A DNA stretch of 64,000 bases from Octopus sinensis (Eukaryota). The stretch lies in contig NC_042998.1 of the NCBI RefSeq assembly GCF_006345805.1, positions 134,602,001-134,666,000 of the forward strand. Direction: 5' to 3'. The translations under genes and the position numbers were made by a program. Under the pieces are notes generated by a model, which was not told where the DNA came from, did not search any database, and worked only from the letters and a program-made list of their open reading frames with translations. Below, one piece after another: positions 1-10,395 of this stretch; position 1 is the first letter of the stretch; each line of letters starts with the position of its first letter.

Positions 1-236
1 ACTAAAGATGAACTGAAGGCAAGCATTCACAAACTTAAACAAGACCATCCAGAAGAGTTGCAGGAGATTCCAAAGTCATCTGGAGGCCATGGTTGGTGAT
101 TTTATAGAATAAATTTACTCTTTAATATTTCAAGATATTTTTTATGTAATTTTGGTAAATATATCTGTTAAAATGAGATGCCAGCATTATTTTTATTTTT
201 GCATAATATGGATGACAATTTATTCACCGCACCCTG
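1..236 (+). mobile_element. 3' end of a degenerate Tc1/mariner-superfamily transposon (transposase C-terminus and right TIR)
   Basis: Frameshifted translation TKDELKASI..NLNKTIQKSCRRFQSHLEAMV..GDF resembles a Tc1-type transposase C-terminus. It ends in the TIR-like GGATGACAATTTATTCACCGCACCCTG followed by TA. Confidence 0.7.
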
Positions 237-252
237 TATGTATGTATGTGTG

Positions 253-293
<41 letters not shown>

Positions 294-296
294 GAA

Positions 297-528
297 AGGC
301 GGCGAGCTGGCAGAAACGTTAGCACGCCGGGCAAAATGCGTAGCCATATTTCGTCTGCCGTTACGTTCTGAGTTCAAATTCCGTCGAGGTCGACTTTGCC
401 TTTCATCCTTTCGGGGTCGATAAATTAAGTACCAGTTACGCACTGGGATCGATGTAATCAACTTAATCCGTTTGTCTGTCCTTGTTTGTCCCCTCTGTGT
501 TTAGCCCCTTGTGGGTAGTAAAGAAATA
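297..528 (+). mobile_element. tRNA-derived SINE family A, full length
   Basis: A-box-like TGGCAGAAACG, B-box GAGTTCAAATTCC, central TTTCATCCTTTCGGGGTCGATAAATTAAGTACCAG and tail GGGTAGTAAAGAAATA. Near-identical copies occur at 19877, 33181 and 57070. Confidence 0.9.
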
Positions 529-1305
529 TATAAAAATATATATATATATATGTTAAATAAAGTTACAACATGGTCTGGTTTTCATTTTTTTTATTATTGA
601 TGAACTGATGGCAAGGATTATGGAATCAAATATATATGCTAAATTTGGGGGTTTTTTCCCCTATACCCTTAATGCCCATTTAGATCTCATTATGACACCC
701 TTTGTTTTCTATTTTAGGCTCCTTTAACTGACAATAATAAAATAGCTTATGTCACCCCTACCCTCCCTCTTTCTGGGAACATACTGACTTCTGAGATTTG
801 TTTATGTAGTCATAGCGAATTTACAGCCATAGTAAATTAGGGTATTGGGAGAGTATCTGACATTAATTAATTCATTATCTGCAGCTAGAACTTCATTGTC
901 AGTTCCAAGTGGTTTTAATTCTTAGTGGTAGTAGTATACTAGCTGCATTAGATCTTTTGGTGGTGATAAGGAGATAGATAAATGTAGTTTTATTACCACA
1001 CCATGACCCCCATTGTTATTCTTTTCTGCCATTCCAAATTATAGTTGGGTATTTTCTCCCTAAGTTCATTCTGCTACAATAAGAGCAACAAGCGTGTAAT
1101 TCTTTTATTCTCTAGTTCTGATGAAATATTTGCTAAAAAATGTTAATGGTGTATCCTGTATATTGAAAACCTGTATGGTTTTATGCATTCAAAGAAGGCG
1201 GTGTATTTCAAATTGATGTAATGTTTGCATTGTTCGATTAAATGGAGCTGCCTGAAACAGCCATAATTCACAAGTACCTTGACATCCTAGTTACTTATTT
1301 GCTGT

Positions 1306-1356
<51 letters not shown>

Positions 1357-1359
<3 letters not shown>

Positions 1360-2107
1360 ATGAGAACAGCTGTGTGTGGAAGTGCCACACCCTAACTGTG
1401 GAAGGGTCCTGTGGAAGAGGTAGACTCAGAAAGACATGGGACAAGGTAGTGAAGCATGAACTTCGAACATTGGGCCTTACAGAAGCAATGACAAGAGACC
1501 AAGACCTTTGGAGATATGCTGTGATTGAGAAGACTTGGCAACTAAAGTGAGATCGCAGCCATGGCTGGTGCCAGTGTTGCATGTCCAGTCCATTTAAAAG
1601 TGCCCTTTATGTGTCAGGCGATATGATATGCTTGAGAAGACTAGCTGTGGCCAGTGCCCTCTGATTGACTCCTGTGCCAGTGACATGTAAAAAGCACCAT
1701 TTGAGTGTGGTTGATGCCAGGTCTGCCCGACTGGATCCTGTGCTGGTGGCATGTAAAAAGCACCATCTGAACGTGGCTGATGCCAGTGCTCCCTGACTGG
1801 CTCCTGTGTTGGTGGCTGTAAAAACCACCATTTGAATGTGGCCGGTGCCACTAACCCCTGACTGGCTCCCGTGCTAGTGGCATGTAAAAAGTACTATCCG
1901 AATGTGATTGATGCCAGGCCCACTTGACTGGCTTCTGTGCCAGTGGTACATAAAAAGCACCCACTACACTCCCGGAGTGGTTGGCGTTAGGAAGGGCATC
2001 CAGCTGTAGAAACATTACCAGATCAGATTGGAACCTGGTGCAGCCACTGGCTTTCCAAACCTCAGTCAAACCATCCAACCCATGCCAGCATGGAAAACGG
2101 ACATTAA

Positions 2108-2139
<32 letters not shown>

Positions 2140-2140
2140 A
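1357..2140 (+). mobile_element. 5'-truncated RTE-clade LINE: ORF2 C-terminus, 3' UTR with ~58-bp tandem units, (GAT)n tail
   Basis: Peptide VEGSCGRGRLRKTWDKVVKHELRTLGLTEAMTRDQDLWRYAV matches the RTE C-terminal pattern GxRxRGRPxxxW..R..WR. Repeated GGCATGTAAAAAGCACC units lie at 1640-1960 and a (GAT)n tail at 2108-2138. Confidence 0.8.
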
Positions 2141-2313
2141 ACAAAGACAAGAGCGGAGGTTTATAGCTGACATCTATACTAATTTGCGAGAAAATACGGT
2201 ATCCACCAGGATAACTTATCCCTTTTATATTCTCTCTCTCTATATGTATATATAAATAGAAACTTAATTATTTTTAAATCTCTCAACAAGAGACATACAG
2301 TAACAGTACTTTA

Positions 2314-2546
2314 AAGTAAAGATTATTTGCCAACATAATGTGGCAGTCCCAGTTAGGATGAATGTTACTGTTATTTTAGCCCCAGGAAACATCATCGCCA
2401 GCTGGCTATATGACGCACATCTGTGTCCTTAGAGTCCTTTTATTTTTGAACATCTCAGCTGGAGACAATGTTTCCTGGGGCTAAAACAACAGTAACATTC
2501 ATCCCAATCAGAACTGCCACATTATGTTGGCAAATAATCTTTACTT
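2314..2546. repeat. Long inverted repeat (~90-bp arms, ~50-bp spacer)
   Basis: AAGTAAAGATTATTTGCCAACATAATGTGGCAG...CCCCAGGAAACAT at 2314-2404 is the reverse complement of 2456-2546. Confidence 0.9.
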
Positions 2547-2561
2547 ATGTATATATATATA

Positions 2562-2721
2562 TCATCATCATCATCATCATCAGCGTTTAACGTCCGCCTT
2601 CCATGCTAGCATGGGTTGGACAGTTCAACTGGGGTCTGGGAAGCCAGGAGGTTGCACCAGGCCCAGTCTGATCTGGCAGTGTTTCTACAGCTGGATGCCC
2701 TTCCTAGCACCAATCACTCCG
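2562..2721 (-). mobile_element. RTE 3'-tail fragment (same family as 1357-2140)
   Basis: (CAT)n then TTTAACGTCC..CCATGCTAGCATGGG..CAGCTGGATGCCCTTCCT, which is the reverse complement of 1975-2138. Confidence 0.85.
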
Positions 2722-2735
2722 TGATTATATATATG

Positions 2736-2773
<38 letters not shown>

Positions 2774-2819
2774 TAACCACTCAGTGATTATATATATTTA
2801 TATATATATATGTATGTTA

Positions 2820-2860
<41 letters not shown>

Positions 2861-2982
2861 GTCGTCTAAAAGTCCGTAAGTCAGGAAAAAGACGCACTCG
2901 TATATCTGTCAATAGAGTGGGTATACTATGTGAAGTGTACAGATAAGCTATGATAGATATATAATACTGTACACTTCAGATA

Positions 2983-3029
<47 letters not shown>

Positions 3030-3166
3030 AATTTAAAACAAACACCAATTTGTCATTATATTACTCAGAGTTTCAAATATCGGAGCGAAGAGCTATGATG
3101 CATTCTTGTCAGCTATTAATCGCCCTCTATTTATCTAATATCGAGGTCTCATTCTTTTGTTGTTAC

Positions 3167-3210
<44 letters not shown>

Positions 3211-3348
3211 TCAGTGTACACAACTGAAACAGCATTAAAGTAAAATCACCAACTGTGTATCATATAAAATGTATATACACCATTAGAAGACATGAAGCTG
3301 TGAAACTGTCTGAGAGAAAATCCCTTTTAGACTTGTTATGTTAAAAAC

Positions 3349-3351
<3 letters not shown>

Positions 3352-3440
<89 letters not shown>
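3352..3440. repeat. (TA)n microsatellite (representative of many in the window)
   Basis: Pure TA run of about 90 bp. Confidence 0.95.
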
Positions 3441-3442
<2 letters not shown>

Positions 3443-3827
3443 GATAATTGATTAAGTAGCCAGAAGATGGATTTGGTATTCATCTTTATTTTGTACAACA
3501 AGTGTTTTGACCCATCCTGCTACTATCCCTTCAGTGCACTAATCGACATATACCCATTGGTCCAAAATATCACATATATCTATATATATATATATCATAA
3601 CATTGTTGCTGCAGTGACTCCAGTATTATCACCTGCTTAGATGTAATTTGTGCTTCAGTACATAGCAAACAGTAAATAAAACATTTGCATTCATTGGTGT
3701 TGTGAAAGTTTGCTGTGTAAGGAAATTCAGCATGTGAAACACAAATAAATTTAAAATACCACCTGTATAGCATCCTGATCAAAGAAAGTGAAATGCCTTT
3801 GTTTGTGTGTATGTGCATATATATACA

Positions 3828-3875
<48 letters not shown>

Positions 3876-4907
3876 TGTGTCTGTGTGGCATGCATGTGTG
3901 TGTTTCTATGTGTGTCTGTGTTATTGTCTATTTGTAAATTCTCTTCCTTATTTTCAATCCTTATTTCCCCCTTAAAAGAAATATTGGCTTATATTAATTC
4001 AGTATATCACTAGTGTTAGAGGACATAGGTGTTACTACATTTGCAATTGCAAGACTGTGGTTTTAAATCCTGGACTGGCTGTGCATCCAGCAAAACAATT
4101 CATCTCACATTGCTCTGCAACCATTTTGATACCTGGCATATGGTACACTGTGCACCTGTTCAGGCAATGTTGATTTGATAGAGAGAGCGAGCTAATGTAG
4201 AACACAAACATCTGATCGCAATAAACAAGTCATTTGTGCAAGTTGTTCAGCAAGAAATTACAGAGCTACCTTTCTTGGACAACAAGAGACTAGTATATAT
4301 TATATTGACTCTGCATAAACAAACAGTTGATAATATAAGGCTTTTAGACGCAGAACTGCAAAACATCACACAAATGTCTTTGATTTGATGTAGTCAGTTA
4401 ACATGTTTAGAATGTACAGCCATAGAAACTTCATAGAAACTTTTCTTGCTGCATCTACAGGATAGGACAACTAAACTACACCTGTTGAGTGCAGCTAAGA
4501 GAAAATATGATGTGTTGTCATAGCAACTGTAATTGCAAGAGCTCTGCTGCTGGTCACTCACAATTTCGATTGCTTGTTTATTTGTGACCGTTTTGTGTAT
4601 TAGTTATGAGGTTAAGTGGAGCAAACTAGTTAGGTCATTGTCAGCTATTGTAAATGCTGAAAGATAGACAAGCTATCAATTTGAACTGATATCACCTAGA
4701 TTATCTGGCATTAAAACTGTTTGATTTTTTTTATACATATTTTTCTTTCTGTCAATCTGGACTATGAACTTACATACATTTGATTAAATAACAACTGAAA
4801 TAGAGAAGTGGACAATGCAGATCAATAATTTCAGTCATGAATATTAGTTTGTTAAACATTCATACTCAGTGATTTACAGAATTTTCTTAGATACTTCTCT
4901 TAGATAA

Positions 4908-5050
<143 letters not shown>

Positions 5051-5769
5051 CTATGAATAAAGAGATTATTATCTTGCAAACAAAAATTCATTGTTTTTTT
5101 AAAATCTTGTTTGACTTATTATCGATGATATTTATAAAAACCAAACAGAAATATATGAATTATAAATATATAAATCACTCTTTCAGCCACATGGTCTGAA
5201 ATTTGGGGCAAGGAGCTAGGTGACCACTGCAGTTCTGTTATTTTACTGGTACTTTATTTTATCGACCCTGAAAGGATGAAAGGCAAAGATGACCTCATCA
5301 GGATTTGGACTCAGAACACAAAATGCTGAAAGAAATGCCAGTAAACCTTTTGTCAGACATGCTAACACTTCTGCCAGTTCATCACCTGTAAATATATAAA
5401 TAATGTAAATTAGTTTAGTTTTAAGAAAATATCCTTGAGAGTAGCTCAAAACAGTATTCCTCAGGTAAAGCATAAAAATAAGTTAACTGCCCCTACCAAC
5501 AAATATCTCAAAATTTAGTTTTGGGAACTGTTATAAGTTACAAGCTAAGACCGAAGCAATTATTTATAGTTATATTATTTTATTTGTTTCAGTTGTTTGA
5601 CTGCAGCCATGCTGGAGCATTGCCTTTTCATGGAAGAAATCGACAAATTACAAAAATAATTAAAAAAAAATATACAGTACTGTACTGTTTCTACTTTGCA
5701 GATTTTCACCTATCGCAGGGTTTTAGAATGTAACACCTGTGATAGTCGAGGGATTACTATACGTATATA

Positions 5770-6163
5770 TATACTCTTTATTCTTTTACTTGTTTCAGTC
5801 ATTTGTCTGTGGCCATGCTGGAGCACCGCCTTCAGTCAAGCAAATCGACCCCAGGACTTATTCTTTGTAAGCCTAGCACTTATTCTATCGGTCTCTTTTG
5901 CTGAACCACTAAGTTACGGGGACGTAAACACACCAGCATCATTTGTCAAGCGATGTTGGGGGACAAACACAGACACACAAACATACACACACACACACAC
6001 GCACATATATACAACAGGTTTCTTTCAGTTTCCGTCTACCAAATCCACTCACAAGGCTTTGGTCGGCCCGAGACTATAGTAGAAAACACTTGCCCAAGGT
6101 GCCATGCAGTGGGACTGAACCCAGAACCATGTGGTTGGTAAGCAAGCTACTTACCACACAGCC
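5770..6163 (-). mobile_element. tRNA-derived CORE-like SINE family B
   Basis: Minus-strand head TGGCTGTGTGGTAAG (A box), GGTTCAGTCCC (B box), CORE-like ACCTTGGGCAAGTG and an internal (TG)n. Confidence 0.9.
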
Positions 6164-6212
6164 ATATATATACATCTATATCTATCTATCTATATATATA
6201 TATATATATATA

Positions 6213-6615
6213 ACTCTTTACTCTTTTACTTGTTTCAGTCATTTGACTGTGGCCATGCGGGAGCACTGCCTTCAGTCGAGCAAATCAACCCCAGGACTTA
6301 TTCTTTGTAAGCCCAGTACTTATTCTATCGGTCTCTTTTGCCGAACCGCTAAGTGACGGGGGACGTAAACACACCAGCATCGGTTGTCAAGCAATGCTAG
6401 GGGGACAAACACAGACACACAAACACACACACACATATATATATATACATATATATGACAGGCTTCTTTCAGTTTCTGTCTACCAAATCCACTCACAAGG
6501 CATTGGTCGGCCCGGGGCTATAGCAGAAGACACTTACCCAAGATGCCATGCAGTGGGACTGAACCCGGAACCATGTGGTTGGTTAGCAAGCTACTTACCA
6601 CACACAAACTCCTGC
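6213..6615 (-). mobile_element. SINE family B, second tandem copy
   Basis: Near-identical to 5770-6163. Confidence 0.9.
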
Positions 6616-7119
6616 ATATATATATATATATATATGTAGCTGATTGTGATATTGCCACTCATACTGAGGAGGACATGCAAAATCCTATGAATGCAATTTC
6701 AATGGCACTTGGCTTAATAATAAATCTAACCAAAACTGTTGTCAAGTTTCAGCCAGTACCAGGAATGCTACACATAGAACTTAGTATCTGTGTGTGGACC
6801 AAAACTTGTAGTGTTTTCTAAGTTTCCTTGTAAGCATGGTACTCATTCTATTGGTCTGTTTTGCCAAACCACTGTGTTATGGGGATGTAAACACAGCAAC
6901 AGTGGTTGTTAAGCAATGGTGGGGAGATAAACACAGATACAAAGACACATATATAAATATATACATATATATACTTCTTTCTGTTTCCACTACCAAATCC
7001 ACTCACAAGGCTTTGGCCAGCCTGAGGCTATAGCAGAAGGCACTTGTCCAAAGTGCCATGCAGTGGGACTGAACCTGGAGCTTCTTACCACACAGCCACG
7101 CCTGCGCCTATTTTTTTTC

Positions 7120-7339
7120 CTTTTTTTACCTGATTTAGTCATTGGACTATAGCCATGCTTGGAGACCACCTTATAGGATTAAAGTGAACAAATCCACCCT
7201 AGTACTTATTTCTTAAGATTAGTACTTATTCTATTAGTCTCTTTTGCCAAACTGCTAAGTTCTGGAAGCCTAAACAAACCAACACCAGTTGTCAAATGAG
7301 GTGAGGGACAAAGACAAACACAAAGACACAGACAGACAG

Positions 7340-7386
<47 letters not shown>

Positions 7387-7410
7387 AACACACACACACA
7401 AACATATACA
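7120..7410 (-). mobile_element. Older partial SINE family B copy
   Basis: Diverged match TAGTACTTATTCTATTAGTCTCTTTTGCCAAACTGCTAAGTT plus (CA)n. Confidence 0.7.
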
Positions 7411-7688
7411 AGCATCCTCCACTTTACAGCTACCTCAGGTTATGTGATTTCATGTTTATTGAAATTGTAAAGTATGATCATTAATTTTAGGACATGGTCT
7501 ATAATTTCGCTCTCACAGAAACTCATATTGTATAGTTTTATATTGTTAAAAACTTAGAACTACACTTTGTTCTTTGCCCAGCAGTCACTTGCAATTTTGT
7601 TAAGGTCAAAGTATATAGTTAATAATTTGAAAAACTATCCACATGTTACACACATGTATATATAATGTACATAACGTTAAGATATATA

Positions 7689-7919
7689 CAGTAATCCCTT
7701 GCCATATCGCAGTTCATCTATCGCGGATTATCATTCAAGCTTACATCAATTCCTCCATAGTTTCCTCCATTGTTTTGCATTTATAATAAAATAAATATAT
7801 ACAAATTATAAAAATAATTTTAAAAAATGTACAGTACCATACTGTTCCTACTTTGCAGATTTTTCACCTATCACAGGGTGTTTTGGAATGTAACACCTGT
7901 GATAGTCGAGGGATCACTG
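7689..7919. mobile_element. Tigger/pogo-type MITE
   Basis: Termini CAGTAATCCCT...AGGGATCACTG flanked by TA on both sides. Confidence 0.75.
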
Positions 7920-7964
7920 TACACACACACACACACACACACACATACGCATACACACACATAT

Positions 7965-9213
7965 ATTCATAAGATTTTACATGTCTTCCTCAGTATGAGT
8001 GACAATATCACAATCATCTACGCAGCTGATTGTGATATTGCCACTCATACTGAGGAGGACATGCAAAATCCTATGAATGCAATTTCAATGGCTTGTGAGG
8101 CACTTGGCTTAACCATAAATCTAACCAAAACTGTTGTCATGTTTCAGCCAGCACCAGGAATGCCATACATAGAACTTGGTATTTTTGTGTGTGGAAGAAA
8201 AACTTGCAGTGATTTCTAAATTTCTTTACTTAGGGAGCACACTAAACACATCAGCAAATCTTGATGATGAAGTGTCAATACACATTCAGAAAACCAGTTT
8301 TGTTTTTTGCAAACTGGAAGACTGCATATTGGCTAGACATAGTATTTCCACTGTGACAAAGATTAAAGTATACAATACATGCTTGCGAAACCTGGACTGA
8401 GTATCTTAAGCACTGAAAACTTATGGAACGTTTTCCTCAACAATGTCTCAGAAGGATTTTGAGGATCAGCTGGAAAATGTTTGTGAGTGATGATGAGGTG
8501 CTTGAAAGAGGGAAGTGCTTCAGTATTGAAGTTTTGCTATTGCTGTACAGATTGAGATGGAGTGGACACTTAGTCAGAATGACAAACAACTGAATGCCTA
8601 AACAACATTTTTACAGAAGACTGGTGACAAGTAAGTGTCTGTCCTACAAACCAAAGATGAGGTGCAAAGATTGTCTGAAGTCAGGATTGATTAAGATAAA
8701 TGTTCCAATTGGTAACTCGGAAGATTTAGTGCATTGCCACGAAAAATGGAAAAAAGTGGTGTATGAAGGCAAAAATGAATTTGAAAGGAAGAGAATGGAG
8801 TATGCAAAGATCAAAAGAAAGATAAGAAAAAGTGACAGGAATGATGTTCTAGCAAGCACTAATGAAAGTGATGATCTTATATGTGATGAATGTGGAAAGA
8901 TTTGTCTTAGTAAGGCTGGGCTAAAGAGCCATATGAAATCACACATCACACAACTGCACATTGATTATAGATGGACAGATGATTTTGAATGCATACTCTT
9001 TCATAAAGTATGCAGATCAAACAGTGGCTTGAAAAGGCATAGTAAAGTTCATGGAGCTGTAAATTATACAATCACCAAGTTTTCTTGCACTAATTGTCAA
9101 AAAGCATGCAGATCTTTGGCATGCCTCAAAAGCCATATTTGTGCAGCTCATCGATGATATTCTAGGGCATAAAGAAATCAGGCAATGGCTCTACTCGAAA
9201 TCGAGTTGGCAAT

Positions 9214-9220
<7 letters not shown>
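7965..9220 (+). mobile_element. 5'-truncated RTE (BovB-like) LINE with a degenerate RT C-terminal half and three C-terminal C2H2 zinc fingers
   Basis: YAAD (YADD-like), GLTINLTKTVVM, FLYLGS..LDDEV..I.K, TKIKVYN, CLRRILRISW, RLRWSGHLVRM..MPKQ. Fingers: CDECGKICLSKAGLKSHMKSH, a degenerate CILFHKVCRSNSGLKRHSKVH, and CTNCQKACRSLACLKSHICAAH. A 3' stem-loop ACTCGA-AA-TCGAGT and a short ATC tail follow. Confidence 0.9.
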
Positions 9221-9263
<43 letters not shown>

Positions 9264-9428
9264 GTGCCCTGAATGCAAAATTTGCAGTATGCACTGACTT
9301 GCTGCAGCAACATATGTAGGTACAAAATGAAAAGATGTAAATAACTGCACTAAAACCTGGATATATAAATCTCTGTTCTCCTTAACTGATTAATTATATA
9401 TATATATATATTATATATATATATATAC

Positions 9429-9680
9429 ACAAATGAGAGGGATAACCTCTATGTGGACAACCCTTATGCTAGAAGCAGATACGCTATGGTCTTACCACTA
9501 AAAAATGTTCTCAAGAAAAATTTAGCAAACACCAGAATGTAAGCGAGCAAGACAAATGAAAAGCAAGTCTTGCTCACTTATGTTCTGTTGTTTGCTAAAT
9601 TTTTCTTGGTGGTAAGGCCATAGCGGATCTACTCCTAGCATAAGGGTTGTCCACATAGTGGTCACCCCTCTCATTTGTAT
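9429..9680. repeat. Long inverted repeat (~115-bp arms)
   Basis: ACAAATGAGAGGG..GGACAACCCTTATGCTAG..GAGCAAGAC is the reverse complement of GTCTTGCTC..CTAGCATAAGGGTTGTCC..CTCTCATTTGT. Confidence 0.9.
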
Positions 9681-10254
9681 ATAATACAGTTTACTGAACC
9701 ATCAGATTTTATATGCTAGACCACAGGTGTTAAATTGATGTTAATTTAACTAAATTAATAGCCAATTTCTCAACCTCATTTTAAATATATATATATATAT
9801 AATATATATTATATATATATATATATATGAATGTGTGCATATGTATGTATGAATGTAAATGTGTGCTTCTGTCAACTCCAAGACAACCAACAACAACAAC
9901 AATCTATAATATGAAGTAGATAAGCAAATCCATTTCAAATAAAACAAATAAAAACATATAATGTGTTATCCTAGTGTATTTTAAAAATAAATTGAAATGT
10001 CTTTGATCTTAGGTCTATGAGATTGACTAAAGACTAAACAGCCACAACAATACAATTAGCAAGAATAATATGACCACTAAACACCAAAAATACCCACCCA
10101 CCATCAAAAACATCTAAACCAATGCAACCCACCAACTTTTGAATCCTACTGGCTGCAATATATATCAGCATGTAATGTGAAAAGGAACTGTAAAGGGATT
10201 ACACTGGATATTAAACTGAATGTTTTAAAAAGATTTGATACAAAGTAAAATTGT

Positions 10255-10395
10255 GTCATATCTACATTGGTTATAATATGTGACAAGAGAAAGAAAATAT
10301 ATCAATCTACATTGGTAATAATATGTGACAAGAGAAAGAAAATATATCAATCTACATTGGTAATAATATGTGACAAGAGAAAGAAAACATATCAA
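10255..10395 (+). repeat. 45-bp tandem repeat, three copies
   Basis: ATCAATCTACATTGGTAATAATATGTGACAAGAGAAAGAAAATAT repeated, at the 5' junction of the Penelope-like fragment. Confidence 0.9.

Larger units (their letters stand above)
5575..7110 (-). mobile_element. SINE family B copy split by a nested insertion (halves 5575-5644 and 6829-7110)
   Basis: The left half ends at ..GAAATCGAC and the right half resumes at TGTAAGC..TACTCATTCTATTGGTCTG. These segments are nearly contiguous in intact copies. Confidence 0.75.

Noticed and set aside
8594-9157. Host C2H2 zinc-finger gene
   Set aside because: Contiguous with RTE RT motifs upstream and a LINE tail downstream, and it lacks TGEKP linkers.
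10255-10395. Regularly repeated 45-bp unit (also the 54300-54580 and 1640-1960 arrays) as CRISPR-like
   Set aside because: Head-to-tail tandem repeats with no unique spacers, no cas genes and a eukaryotic context.
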